Notes: generated from the sequence alone by a model not told the origin. Counted from the first letter of the stretch, positions 10,041 to 19,828 are shown. The stretch is DNA of 64,000 nt from Gammaproteobacteria bacterium (GCA_965209035.1 CBDBPY010000001.1:1-64000), one strand, 5' to 3'. Numbers and translations are program-made.

Positions 10041-10708
10041 CACAGCGAGTAGTCCTTTATCGAGCGGCTTGCCGCCCAATCGCCAAAATTGTCCCAATAC
10101 GCCTGCGGCGAATCAGGCGAAAGACCGAGATTCGTTATGGTCGAATCGAAGTCCTTAACCGAAGAAAGCCACGCCTGCAACAATCCCAAATCTTTCAACA
10201 CCGGCAGGCGAAACTTTTCGTGCCGCCCCGCTTTCCGAAACGAAAAACCACCAAGCACATCGACCCCGCGCCAAGCCGCGGCCGGCTGGATCGAATCCGG
10301 CTCAAAATTTCTTTCAGACAAAACGCGGAAAATCAAATCCACGCCCGCCTTTTGCTTTTCTTCATCCGCCCCGAAAAGCGCCGTCATCGCCAACTTCGCC
10401 CGCGACGAATAGCCCCAATCGTGCGGATGACCCGCCGGAGCAAACGCCGGCACATCGAAAAACGCCTGAACCATTCCCGGCGGAAAAGACGAACCGTCGC
10501 TTACGAAACCCGGCGGAATCGCCATAAATCTCCGCCTCTCTCCCGAAAGCAATATCTCAACAACGCCAGCCGTCGAATTGTATTTCGCGCAACGCGCCTC
10601 GTCGCGCGACACCCGCGCGCGGATCAACGAATCGTTTGCATCGACGAAACACGGCTTATCGCCGCGAAACCAGCGCGCATTCATAAAGCCGCGAGATTTC
10701 TCACTCAT
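10040..10708 (-). CDS. DUF1353 family protein
   Basis: IPPGFVSDGSSFP...HDWGY...DLIF motif. Confidence 0.75.
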   Translation of the reverse strand: MSEKSRGFMNARWFRGDKPCFVDANDSLIRARVSRDEARCAKYNSTAGVVEILLSGERRRFMAIPPGFVSDGSSFPPGMVQAFFDVPAFAPAGHPHDWGYSSRAKLAMTALFGADEEKQKAGVDLIFRVLSERNFEPDSIQPAAAWRGVDVLGGFSFRKAGRHEKFRLPVLKDLGLLQAWLSSVKDFDSTITNLGLSPDSPQAYWDNFGDWAASRSIKDYSL

Positions 10709-11096
10709 CAACTTTTTCCACCTCGACTTTCGCGCAAAACCGCTGATTCCCAACCACTCGACAAGCCGAACCGCCGCGCCGCCCAATCTCTTCGATTACA
10801 AACGGAACTAAATCGAAAGATTCGAACGGCGAAACAAACTTATCTCGCGCGTCAGCATAACCCTCGTCCTGCTTGCAAAAAACAGCCACAAAACCTCCGC
10901 CGTCGCTCGATTCCGTCGCGCTCGCCGCCTTCGCCCGCAAAACACCGCGCGCCAACGGAGGCAATTTGCAATCCGACTCGACAACCCCCGCCGCCGCGTC
11001 GCCCGCTTTCTCCAAAACGAAACCTCCAGCCGACGAAATATACCCACACGACGGCAGAACCGCCAGCGCGAAAAAAATGAAAAACGACTTAATCAT
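10701..11096 (-). CDS. Lipoprotein in the lysis-type cassette (spanin-like candidate)
   Basis: Signal peptide II MIKSFFIFFALAVLPS|C. Confidence 0.6.
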   Translation of the reverse strand: MIKSFFIFFALAVLPSCGYISSAGGFVLEKAGDAAAGVVESDCKLPPLARGVLRAKAASATESSDGGGFVAVFCKQDEGYADARDKFVSPFESFDLVPFVIEEIGRRGGSACRVVGNQRFCAKVEVEKVDE

Positions 11097-11298
11097 CGCT
11101 TTGCTCCTTGTTATTAACGGCAAGCGGGCCGCGACCGAATCTCAATTCGCGCTCGGCGATTATTTCGGGCGAATCTTCCATTGGCATAACCTTCGGAATT
11201 TCGCCACCACGAATCGCCCGCGCTCGCGCGGCCAAACCAATTGCAATGTCGAAGTGGCTCGCGCCACCCGCCATCGCACATAATTTCTCCGTTGACAT
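11089..11298 (-). CDS. rpoZ: RNA polymerase omega subunit homologue
   Basis: SHFDIAIGLAARARAIRGGEIPKV....DSPEIIAERELRFG aligns by eye with the RpoZ consensus NRFxLVxxAAxRARxxxxGxxPxV....DKPxxIALREIxxG. Confidence 0.72.
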   Translation of the reverse strand: MSTEKLCAMAGGASHFDIAIGLAARARAIRGGEIPKVMPMEDSPEIIAERELRFGRGPLAVNNKEQSDD

Positions 11299-11307
11299 CG
11301 CGGTTTA

Positions 11308-11607
11308 TTATACCGAATAAAAATCCGATTCCGAAACGCCGCGACTCGCGTATTCGCCCTCGCGCGACTCCTCCTCGCAACGATCGCATATGCCAACATC
11401 GACGTATCCGTCGACGGATACCATCGATTCGTCGTCGCCCTCCCAATCCGCTCCCGCGATGATTAGGGTTTTGTCAGCAGGCGCGCCGCAACCGCAAAAA
11501 TCAGCAAGTTGCCGCTTCGCCGCCGCGACGGGCGAAAAATCAGACGGCGATAAACGCCGCATTATTTCGCCGCCGCCGCCTATTGTGATTGACTCGTTGT
11601 CATTCAT
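11308..11607 (-). CDS. Hypothetical acidic protein with CxC...CxxC
   Basis: ORF overlapping the stop of the upstream gene. Confidence 0.55.
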   Translation of the reverse strand: MNDNESITIGGGGEIMRRLSPSDFSPVAAAKRQLADFCGCGAPADKTLIIAGADWEGDDESMVSVDGYVDVGICDRCEEESREGEYASRGVSESDFYSV

Positions 11608-11794
11608 CTTGTGCACTCCAATCCGGTAAAGCCCATCCATCTTCGTCAACTGAATGCCGCGCGCACGCCTTCGCTTGGCAATCAAGCGAACAATAATACG
11701 GGGAGTGCTTATTTCTCCGGTCATCATTCTCCAAAAAGGATTTTTGGAGATTCGACAACTCGAAAGATTTCGAGCATTCTTTACAAGTTTCCAT
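11600..11794 (-). CDS. Small zinc-finger protein
   Basis: METCKEC...YYCSLDC; AAGGA RBS upstream. Confidence 0.6.
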   Translation of the reverse strand: METCKECSKSFELSNLQKSFLENDDRRNKHSPYYCSLDCQAKACARHSVDEDGWALPDWSAQDE

Positions 11795-11822
11795 TCCAGT
11801 TTCCTTTTGTGGTGTGGTGTGA

Positions 11823-12104
11823 TCATTCGTGGAAAAGCATAGCCAAAAACGCAATCGCCGTGGCGAATGCGGAAAGCCACATCGGGGCAAAATGCACCGA
11901 TATGCCAAACGCGACAATAAGCAGCGCTATGCCCTGATCAAGATCGCCATCCCGTATATTCTTCACCGCGCGATTTTTCAGAGATTTTTCTTGGCGACAT
12001 ACGGCTTTGGCTTCCGAATGAATACCTTTCATCATCGAATCGACGGCTTGTATTTCCATCACCATTTTATTGATGGCGTTTTCGCGCTCGTCTTCGGTCA
12101 TCAC
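11823..12104 (-). CDS. Hypothetical membrane protein
   Basis: Coiled N-terminus and two C-terminal hydrophobic segments. Confidence 0.6.
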   Translation of the reverse strand: MMTEDERENAINKMVMEIQAVDSMMKGIHSEAKAVCRQEKSLKNRAVKNIRDGDLDQGIALLIVAFGISVHFAPMWLSAFATAIAFLAMLFHE

Positions 12105-13336
12105 TCGCCCCCCCCCTTTTCGCCGACCTTTTGCGCGCGAAAGTAAACCGACTCCGCGCCCGCCTCCAAACGCGCGCCCGGAACTTTTTCACCCGCCGCC
12201 AAACTCTTGCGGATTCTCGACTCGTCGATCTTACGATATTCCGAAGGAATCAATCCCTCGGCTTCGATCACAACTCTCGCCGGCGGCTTCTTTAATATCG
12301 CCGTTGCGAAATGCCCCAACGCGATATTTTTGACCTTTCCTCCTGTTTGCTCGATGACCCCACCAATCTCCACCGCCAGATTCTCTTTCTGCGCTTCCAT
12401 CGCCTCGACGATAGGCGCGGCGACAGCGGCAAGGCGATCCTTGACCTCCGCTACTCCGGCGTAAATCTCGCCCAAAACCGCGCGATCTTCCGCTTTTCTC
12501 ATATCCAGCCCCGCCACTTTTTGGGCGATACGCAAAGCCGATTGATCGTCCGTCAGCACGGATAAAACGGCGGGCAAACCCTCGCGGCCTTTCTCCAACT
12601 CGCTTTGAACTTTCCACAAATCGACGAAAGCCGGGCGAATGACCCGCAACGCCGAAGCAACCGCCCGCTCGTGCCGCGCGGAATCACGCTCGATCAACAT
12701 CGCCTCGACATCTCCGTTTTTTCGAATGACCGCGAAAATCCCAACATCCGCCCGCGCCAACTCCATCTGCACGGCCACCTGCGCGGCATACCCGTCCTCG
12801 TAGAAATAGCGCTCGATTTTCTCGACCGACTTCGTGGGATATTTAAACTCCACGATCGCGCTCCGCGCCTTCGCCCGATAGACCTTGATAACCTCGCCGT
12901 CGGCGATTTTCTCCTCGACAAGAGCGAAAAATTTTCCGACCGCATCAGGCGTGGCGGAGACCGAGACCAAATCGTCGAGCCGTCCGAACCCCTCATCAAC
13001 AACATCAGTATCCCGCGCAACCCTTTGCGCCGGATACGCAACATCGAATCCCGAAGGAATAAACCAGCCGCCGTCGACTTGCAAGAAAAACCGACCAGAA
13101 TCCCGCAATCCAGCAAAGTCAATCGACTCATCAGCCGAATGAACGGGAAGCATCGCGCGCTTTATATTTTCGTCCGCGAGAATCCCGTCGTCCATCGCCT
13201 TCGTGCGGTAATTCGACTCGCCGCGCGCGATTCGCTCGATCATCCGAAGCCACGCCGACGAACCAACGCCCGCGCGCGATAAAGCGGCGATTTTGCTCGC
13301 TGATAGAGTCGAATTCCAGTTGTCAGGCAGGCTCAC
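12101..13336 (-). CDS. YqaJ-like (lambda-exonuclease family) nuclease fused to a C-terminal Gp157-like domain
   Basis: LSASKI, AMDDG, SATPDA, IVEFKYP and YAAQVAVQM; C-terminal IPSEYRKID...GEKVPGARL; adjacent to recT. Confidence 0.8.
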   Translation of the reverse strand: MSLPDNWNSTLSASKIAALSRAGVGSSAWLRMIERIARGESNYRTKAMDDGILADENIKRAMLPVHSADESIDFAGLRDSGRFFLQVDGGWFIPSGFDVAYPAQRVARDTDVVDEGFGRLDDLVSVSATPDAVGKFFALVEEKIADGEVIKVYRAKARSAIVEFKYPTKSVEKIERYFYEDGYAAQVAVQMELARADVGIFAVIRKNGDVEAMLIERDSARHERAVASALRVIRPAFVDLWKVQSELEKGREGLPAVLSVLTDDQSALRIAQKVAGLDMRKAEDRAVLGEIYAGVAEVKDRLAAVAAPIVEAMEAQKENLAVEIGGVIEQTGGKVKNIALGHFATAILKKPPARVVIEAEGLIPSEYRKIDESRIRKSLAAGEKVPGARLEAGAESVYFRAQKVGEKGGGE

Positions 13337-14547
13337 TTCGCCCCTCCTTTCGCCTGCGCGATTTTTTTCGCCGTCCCGCGAATTCTGCTCGTCAAGGTCG
13401 CGTCGTCCATCTCTCTCGTCAACTCCGAAATACGACCGAAATCGGCGTGATCGCACATATAACGAAGCACCGCCTTTTTCATCTCGTCGTCCAAACCAAT
13501 ATAACCGCAAATCGACTCGACCCGCTCCGTCTCCAAAACATCGACCTTGTCCTGATTCGCCGTCTCCACCGGTTGCTCGTCGATCACCCCCGAAGCAATC
13601 GCCTCCGGCGGCGGCGATTCGACAACAGGAGCGTCGCCCGCGTTGCGAAATTCCACCGGCGGCGCGCTATCCGACTCCGTCGTCCCCGACTCGAAATGAT
13701 TCACCTCCGAACGCTCCACAAAGCCCGAAACCCGATCCCGCATTGCCGACGAAAGAATCGGCAAAACCCACTTTGCAACAGCAAGAACGACCGTCTTCAT
13801 CAGCATATCGCGCGGATGCGAAATCCACATTTTCGCGTTGCGATCGATCCCCGACCGCAATGCCGCCTCGAAGCGTTCGGGCGGAATCTGATACGCGTCG
13901 CATATCATTTTCCGATCGAATTCGAAAAGACCGCAAACGAAGTCATCGCCCAAAATGCCCGGAACGCGCGACTCGATGAACGCGGTTTTTTCCTTGCCGA
14001 ACTTCTTCTTCGCCGCCAAGTCAATCTCCTGCAACCGATCTCGGAACGCTTTCACGAAAGAATCCTGCAACGCAGTTTCCTCGCCGTAAAAATACGAAAC
14101 AAGACGCTGGCCGTTAACGATCCGACGCACCACCGGCTCGAACTTCTCGCCTCTAATCACAAGCGACGGCCTCCCACCAATCACTCCGCCGCGCGCGAAC
14201 AAATCCAGTATCCCGCGAAAAGAAGGGTAAAGCGCGATACTCACCTCGCCCGAATCGACCCAAACGCCCCGATCGTTTTTCTCACGCTTCGAATGCGGAA
14301 TCAAAAAGCAACTCTGATTCGGAACTAATCCGACCGCCGCCGCGTCCCGAACAACTCCCATCGAAGCCGCTCTCGTTTTCGGATTCTCGAACGCCGCCTG
14401 CAATCGCGGGGATTTTTGAATCGCGTCAAATAAACCAAGCGCGAATCGATCCGCCGTCACCCAAGACGGCAGAACATTTTCAACTTCGAGTGAAACCACT
14501 CCCCGAACTTCTTCGGTTGAGCGAACTGTAAGGGCTTTCGTTTTCAT
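13333..14547 (-). CDS. recT: RecT-family single-strand annealing protein
   Basis: TADRF...AAAVGLVP..CFLIP...PSFRGILDL...WISHPRDMLMKTVV pattern. Confidence 0.85.
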   Translation of the reverse strand: MKTKALTVRSTEEVRGVVSLEVENVLPSWVTADRFALGLFDAIQKSPRLQAAFENPKTRAASMGVVRDAAAVGLVPNQSCFLIPHSKREKNDRGVWVDSGEVSIALYPSFRGILDLFARGGVIGGRPSLVIRGEKFEPVVRRIVNGQRLVSYFYGEETALQDSFVKAFRDRLQEIDLAAKKKFGKEKTAFIESRVPGILGDDFVCGLFEFDRKMICDAYQIPPERFEAALRSGIDRNAKMWISHPRDMLMKTVVLAVAKWVLPILSSAMRDRVSGFVERSEVNHFESGTTESDSAPPVEFRNAGDAPVVESPPPEAIASGVIDEQPVETANQDKVDVLETERVESICGYIGLDDEMKKAVLRYMCDHADFGRISELTREMDDATLTSRIRGTAKKIAQAKGGAK

Positions 14548-14674
14548 TTTACCAGCCAAATGGAAGGGAGAAGGGCTGGCTTCTCCCATAGTGTTTTAGC
14601 GTCCCAACCGACGCTCACGACGAACAGATTCGCCGTTGACCGCTATTAAATCACAAAAATTGCGGCAATGTCAA
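14548..14674 (-). promoter_or_regulatory. recT promoter and structured leader with potential pseudoknot
   Basis: TTGACA-18-TTTAAT with TG extension; three hairpins; loop CCAGCC complementary to GGCTGG just before the ATG. Confidence 0.6.
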
Positions 14675-14892
14675 GAGGCAATTTTATCCATTGCCAGCAA
14701 AAATTTGGCGCGTTGCACCGAACACAAATCGCCCTCCTCTTGCGCCGCCTTGATTGCCATCGCCGAATTATCGTAAGGATCTTGATTTACAAGGCCGGTT
14801 ATGGGGTTAATCCAATGCCACTTGCCGCGATGTTGAATCAGAATCACAACGCCCTCGTCCTTTGTGCGGTCGGCCGCGGCGACGGCTTTCAT
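14671..14892 (-). CDS. Hypothetical protein
   Basis: Start coupled to the upstream stop (TGATG). Confidence 0.55.
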   Translation of the reverse strand: MKAVAAADRTKDEGVVILIQHRGKWHWINPITGLVNQDPYDNSAMAIKAAQEEGDLCSVQRAKFLLAMDKIAS

Positions 14893-15494
14893 CACTCGAT
14901 TCGGTTTTCGGGGGCGAGATAACGCCCAAAATCCCAAGGACTCGATACGAAGCCGCAATTCGTTTTTTTGTGGGCGCGGGCGAGCGCGTGTTGGTGCGCG
15001 CGCACCGAAAGGGAGATCGGCGGAATAATCTCGGTGAATTCGAACGGAAAATACGGCTCGAAAGCGGGCGTGAACAATACCCCCACCTTCGGCTTGCTGA
15101 TCGGCGGCATCCCGTCTTGGCGGTAAATTTTTGCCGACCAAGTAAAATTCCAGCGATACCAGTTTTTCATCACGCTCATAGAGACGCGGTCGAAATCCGG
15201 TTTGCGCGCCGCCACAACGGAATCCAAAATCACAGCGGCAACGAAAGTGTCCGGCGCAAAGCCCTCGCTCGCCAGCGCGATGTCCTCGCTTGCCACCGCG
15301 ATTCTATCTTCCCGCCGCGAATGAATCAAAACGCCGCCGCGAAAAGGGGGCTTGGTGGGGGCGACGATGAAGTTTAAATGCTCGAAAAGAATCTGCGCCG
15401 CCATCGACGCGGCGACCGAAACGGCGCGCAAGCCGTTTTTGTCTCCACGCTTCGGGTGCGGAAAATCATCGGGGTAAGGCGCTCGGAAAATCAT
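14892..15494 (-). CDS. Divergent ASCH-like domain protein
   Basis: RAVSVAASMAAQIL...PPFRGGVLIHS resembles ASCH ALSI.QPWA.LI...YRG.LLIHA. Confidence 0.5.
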   Translation of the reverse strand: MIFRAPYPDDFPHPKRGDKNGLRAVSVAASMAAQILFEHLNFIVAPTKPPFRGGVLIHSRREDRIAVASEDIALASEGFAPDTFVAAVILDSVVAARKPDFDRVSMSVMKNWYRWNFTWSAKIYRQDGMPPISKPKVGVLFTPAFEPYFPFEFTEIIPPISLSVRAHQHALARAHKKTNCGFVSSPWDFGRYLAPENRIE

Positions 15495-15495
15495 A

Positions 15496-16491
15496 TCACT
15501 CGCCCCTTTTCTCTTGATCGCGTAAAACCCGATGCCACCCTTCACCGTTCTCTTTCGCGTGGCGCAAAACCAAAACCGCCGAATGCAAAGATTCGAAATC
15601 CCGCACAAGCACTTTCACCAAGCGATCGACGCGATCGTCGACGGCGGCGGGGCTATTATCCACCTCGAAATCGGCATCGACCTCATTGAGGACATTGCGA
15701 ATGAAAAATGTCGCCTTACGGACATTGGAATCTATCATTCGCTCTTTTTCTTTTTGGGCTTCGCTGGAAATCGGTATTCGTCTCGCTCCCGAAACGCGCA
15801 TCGATTCCGTCGAGGCGGGATCGCGTCGGGGGTTTTTCAGGATTTTCAAGGAGCGATGAGGATTGCCGTTTTTGTCTCTCACCGTCCGCAACTCAACCAT
15901 ATCGCCGACCGCCGCCGACAGGTTGTTGTCGTTGGTGAAGGCGTATGGGATAAAAATCCAGTTGTTCTTGCAGGCGAGATCAAACGATCTCTCATTATCC
16001 CTTCGTTCTGCGGGATTCTCGACAAGCACCACGAAATAATCATCGTCGTAATAAATCCGAATGCCATTACGCATAGAGAATCGATCAAAAATTTTCTCGT
16101 CGCCGCGCGAAGTATCAGTGTCCGCGACGGCGGCTCTCTTTTCAGTCCGTTTCGGCACGGCTGGCCCCCCAAAAACGGCGGGTGTTTTCGGCACGGCGGC
16201 CCCACAAAAAGCGTCGGGTTTTTTCGGCGCGTAGGATTGTGTCGAAAACCCGACAGGCCTCCCAATTTTATCGACCATAACCCTGTCCCCAATGGAGGGT
16301 CGAAAACCATACCAATAAATCAAGCCGCTTCCGTTTTTGCGTATTTCGATGTTCCCGTGATAGAAGTGGGAGGGGCGATACTCCGAACTCAAGATAGAGC
16401 GAATGATTAAATCGCTGTCAAAATGAATGGTGTGGTGCAGGTCGGCGGGGCCTGCGTCGGGGGCCGGCGGGGGGGTTGGGGTTTTTTCCAT
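15496..16491 (-). CDS. Hypothetical protein (repeated-leader gene B)
   Basis: MEKTPT... start behind the conserved leader; short internal repeat FCGAAVPK/FGGPAVPK. Confidence 0.7.
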   Translation of the reverse strand: MEKTPTPPPAPDAGPADLHHTIHFDSDLIIRSILSSEYRPSHFYHGNIEIRKNGSGLIYWYGFRPSIGDRVMVDKIGRPVGFSTQSYAPKKPDAFCGAAVPKTPAVFGGPAVPKRTEKRAAVADTDTSRGDEKIFDRFSMRNGIRIYYDDDYFVVLVENPAERRDNERSFDLACKNNWIFIPYAFTNDNNLSAAVGDMVELRTVRDKNGNPHRSLKILKNPRRDPASTESMRVSGARRIPISSEAQKEKERMIDSNVRKATFFIRNVLNEVDADFEVDNSPAAVDDRVDRLVKVLVRDFESLHSAVLVLRHAKENGEGWHRVLRDQEKRGE

Positions 16492-16570
16492 TTTTCGATT
16501 CCTCGTTTTGGATTTGGAGACAAATCGCCTCCATTGATTACGATTATAACCCAACTTATCTTTCAATCAA
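16489..16570 (-). promoter_or_regulatory. Promoter, hairpin and conserved RBS leader (copy B)
   Basis: TTGATT-16-TATAAT, hairpin TGGAGGC/GTCTCCA, AATCCAAAACGAGGAATCGAAAAATGG. Confidence 0.7.
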
Positions 16571-16881
16571 AACTTCTTCACGCGCGTGCAATGTCAGCAA
16601 GATTATCCCCGACTCAACCACGATCCTATTTTTTCGCCGCCGCGAACGACGCTCCACCAAAAATCCCACATTCACCCCTCCCACAAAAAATCCGCCCACG
16701 CTCCTATCTCCTTGCCGGCGCAAATAATAACCCGATGAAAATTCCGCCGAAAACCCAAATCCCAAATCAATCCCTCTTCCTCCCCTCTCCACCAAAATCG
16801 ATTCCTCGCATTCACGCGCGCGGAATTTAATCTTAACCGGCGCGCGCGATACCGCCGTCTTGAAATGAAACGGCGCGTCTC

Positions 16882-17574
16882 CTATTCGGGCTTTAAATCC
16901 GAATGCCTCGCAACCCATTCGATCTCTTCCTTGCTAAGCACTTCGCCCTTTACGAACTTGTCTATTCTTGCAAGTTCCTCTTTTGTGAAGCCCTCATCTT
17001 GCTCCGCCGACGGATTTTCCACATCTCCGCCGTCGCCCGGCGAATCCGAATCCTTAAATTTCTGGAGATCCTTCTTCTTCGGCTTTTCCTCTTTCTCTTC
17101 CTCTTTTTTCTCCTCTTTTTTCTCTGGCATCGCCGCCGCTTCCTCATACCACTTTTCAAAACCGCCTCCTTGCGGTAATGTCCCATTCCCATCCCAAAAA
17201 TCATTGACGACCGATTGCGCTTTATTCACTACACGAACATAATTCGGATTCTCTTCGTGATTTTTTTGCGCCGTCGCCACCGCCCGCTTCAAATCCTGCG
17301 ACGACGGATTCTCGCTTTGCAACAGACCGTCTTTTTTCAACGCCCGAACAACCGACATCGTCAAAAAATTTTCCGTCGCCGCTTCCGCATTCGCTCGCGC
17401 TTTTGCCACTCGCTCGGACTCCGATTTTTCCGCCCCCAATTGGAGTATCTCTTCGTCCAAAGACGACATCTCCCGTTGGTAGTCCGCCTCCGTTATCTCC
17501 CCCCGATCGAGTTTCTTCGACAGATCGCTCCGATCCGAAGTTATATCTTGTTGTGTCCGTTGTTTCTTGGCCAT
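16882..17574 (-). CDS. Highly charged protein downstream of the portal (scaffold/internal protein candidate)
   Basis: AAGGAG RBS; Glu/Lys-rich sequence. Confidence 0.65.
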   Translation of the reverse strand: MAKKQRTQQDITSDRSDLSKKLDRGEITEADYQREMSSLDEEILQLGAEKSESERVAKARANAEAATENFLTMSVVRALKKDGLLQSENPSSQDLKRAVATAQKNHEENPNYVRVVNKAQSVVNDFWDGNGTLPQGGGFEKWYEEAAAMPEKKEEKKEEEKEEKPKKKDLQKFKDSDSPGDGGDVENPSAEQDEGFTKEELARIDKFVKGEVLSKEEIEWVARHSDLKPE

Positions 17575-17590
17575 TTTAACACTCCTTGTT

Positions 17591-19828
17591 TCATTGGCTT
17601 TGTTGCAAAGAATCGGGATCGATTCCCCGACTCCTCAAAAATTCCCTCAATTGAGACAGCCTCTCATTCAAGTTATTAATCGTCTCCCTCTCGTCTCCCC
17701 CCCCCATTTTTTCTTGGCCATCTCTCCCAACGACGCTCGCCTTCGCCATATCCAACATCGCCCCCGCCTCGTCTCTCTTCGCTTTCGCCTCCATACCCGC
17801 AACCTCCGCCTCCGCACCCGCAACCGCTATTTGCGACTGCTGTTGCGCCTGTTGCGCCTGCGCCTGCTCTCTCTTCTCTCTTTCTTTCCTCTCATCCGCG
17901 CTCAAAACCGTCTTCGGAATCGGAATCCCCATCTCGTCCAAAATCTCGATCATCGTCCGCCGAAATTGCTCCGAATTAGGCAATCCAATATGACGAACAA
18001 TCTCCGGCATCATCGCCGCCATTATCGCCGGATCTAATTTTTGCAACATCGTCATCATTATCGTCACCGCCTCTTTTTGCAGCGAAGCCGGCCGCTTGTC
18101 CGCCACAATCCGAAAGCGCGCCTTAAACCGATCGATCTTTACATCGTTCTCCCCGCGCACAAAACTTATCTTGCCGTCCGACGAAGGCAAAGAATCATAT
18201 CCCACCACCCCCGAAAACGACTGCGAATTCGATAAAATCCTCTCGAATAACGACTCAATCGCCGAATCCGTATGCTCGATCAATTCGCTCAAAACCGCCG
18301 CCGCCGATTCTTTCTCCTCCGCAAGCGCCACGCCGCTCCGCGCCGTTGCGTCTTGACCCGTCACGCTCGCCGATATTCCTCCGTTCTCCCTAGCCAAATC
18401 CCACAGCCGCGAAAAAACATTAGATAACCATTCCACGATCCTATCCGGCGGCGTGATCTCCGTCGCGTCCGGCGGCCCAAAAATCAAAAAAATAGGATTC
18501 ACCTGCGATGCCTGCTCTCGCAAATCTTCCGCATACTTCTTTATGTCGCTCCCATACTCGTTCCTAAACTGCTCGTCTTGCGACAGCAAATCCACCGACA
18601 TTTTTATCGACCGCGACGACATACCAACCATCAGCGTCCGCAATGTCAGATTAAGCGCCCTTTCCAATCCCTTGCGAAAACGCACTATCGGCGAAAACGC
18701 CCTCCCCGTTCGATCCTTACGCGCGAAAACAAAACGCGAAAACGGAATCCGATTGTGCGGATACAAATGTCGAGCGCCACCGATCAATATCATCCCCGAA
18801 AAACCTCGATCCGTTATAAATTCCTGCCGCAAACAAACCCGACGATTCCCAATCCATTGGTAAAACCACACCTCCCCGTGATTCACCAATTCTCTCGCCG
18901 TCCCCGAATGCTCCCATTCATCATAATACCTCCGCGAATTTCCCGCCAAACCCTCATCCAAATAACCCCCCGATTCGCCACCATACAAATCGGAATCAAC
19001 CGACACATCCACATCAAATCCGTACGCGTATTTCCTCAACATTTCAAGCGCTTTCACCTCACCCCCCGCCTTCCGAGCAATTATGCTCGCCAGTGTCCGC
19101 ATATCTTTGCCCGCCACCCAAAATAAATATCGCGCGCGATCTATCCCCGGACTCGTGTCGCGCGAATCGCAAAAAACCTGCCGCCAATCGACCTGATCTA
19201 TCACCCACTCCAAACCGCCTGTGTCGGGATCGTATTTCAGTCCATCACGCAAAAATGACTCACCGCTCTTTACGCATTGCCTCATCGCCTGATTCCTCTT
19301 CTCCTTAAAATCAGTCATATCCGAAATGTGCTTTATCCGCGTGTCAAACTCCCCCGCCGCCGCCGTCGCGTCCGCCTCCTCGTTGTCCCCAAACGGAGAC
19401 ACCCCCGCCGGATACACCCGACCCTCAATCTCACGCGAATTTGCCATCCCCACAACCCTCTCCACCGTTTGCCGAATCGTCCTCACAGTCATATCCCGCA
19501 AATGCGGCGCTTTCTCCGTCAACGGATCGTCAAACTCTAATTCACCATCCGCAATCCGCGAATCTTCGTCCATCTCCCACCTGTGCCGCAAATTAACTTG
19601 CCTCTCCATTCTCAACCACGACAGCAATCGCGCACCCAACTTCGGACGATCCGCATTCGCAACTTTCTCCGCCTCATCCACCAAATCCTCCCAATCATCA
19701 AAAGAACTCCTCCTGTTTTCAACCGCCTGCTCTTCTCCCATCTCCCAACCCGCCTCCACCGGCGGGTATTTTTTTTCAATCGGACTCTTTCTACCCTTCT
19801 TTTCAACCTTCTTTTCACGACGCATCAT
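17591..19828 (-). CDS. Portal protein (P22/933W-like)
   Basis: VDWRQVFCDS..DRARYLF, YPHNRIPF, GQDATARSGVAL and a C-terminal Q/A-rich barrel helix. Confidence 0.85.
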   Translation of the reverse strand: MMRREKKVEKKGRKSPIEKKYPPVEAGWEMGEEQAVENRRSSFDDWEDLVDEAEKVANADRPKLGARLLSWLRMERQVNLRHRWEMDEDSRIADGELEFDDPLTEKAPHLRDMTVRTIRQTVERVVGMANSREIEGRVYPAGVSPFGDNEEADATAAAGEFDTRIKHISDMTDFKEKRNQAMRQCVKSGESFLRDGLKYDPDTGGLEWVIDQVDWRQVFCDSRDTSPGIDRARYLFWVAGKDMRTLASIIARKAGGEVKALEMLRKYAYGFDVDVSVDSDLYGGESGGYLDEGLAGNSRRYYDEWEHSGTARELVNHGEVWFYQWIGNRRVCLRQEFITDRGFSGMILIGGARHLYPHNRIPFSRFVFARKDRTGRAFSPIVRFRKGLERALNLTLRTLMVGMSSRSIKMSVDLLSQDEQFRNEYGSDIKKYAEDLREQASQVNPIFLIFGPPDATEITPPDRIVEWLSNVFSRLWDLARENGGISASVTGQDATARSGVALAEEKESAAAVLSELIEHTDSAIESLFERILSNSQSFSGVVGYDSLPSSDGKISFVRGENDVKIDRFKARFRIVADKRPASLQKEAVTIMMTMLQKLDPAIMAAMMPEIVRHIGLPNSEQFRRTMIEILDEMGIPIPKTVLSADERKEREKREQAQAQQAQQQSQIAVAGAEAEVAGMEAKAKRDEAGAMLDMAKASVVGRDGQEKMGGGDERETINNLNERLSQLREFLRSRGIDPDSLQQSQ

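Noticed and set aside
17001-17012. 12-nt match (GCTCCGCCGACG) to the II-C spacer
   Set aside because: Short, GC-rich and does not include the PAM-proximal end; plausibly chance.
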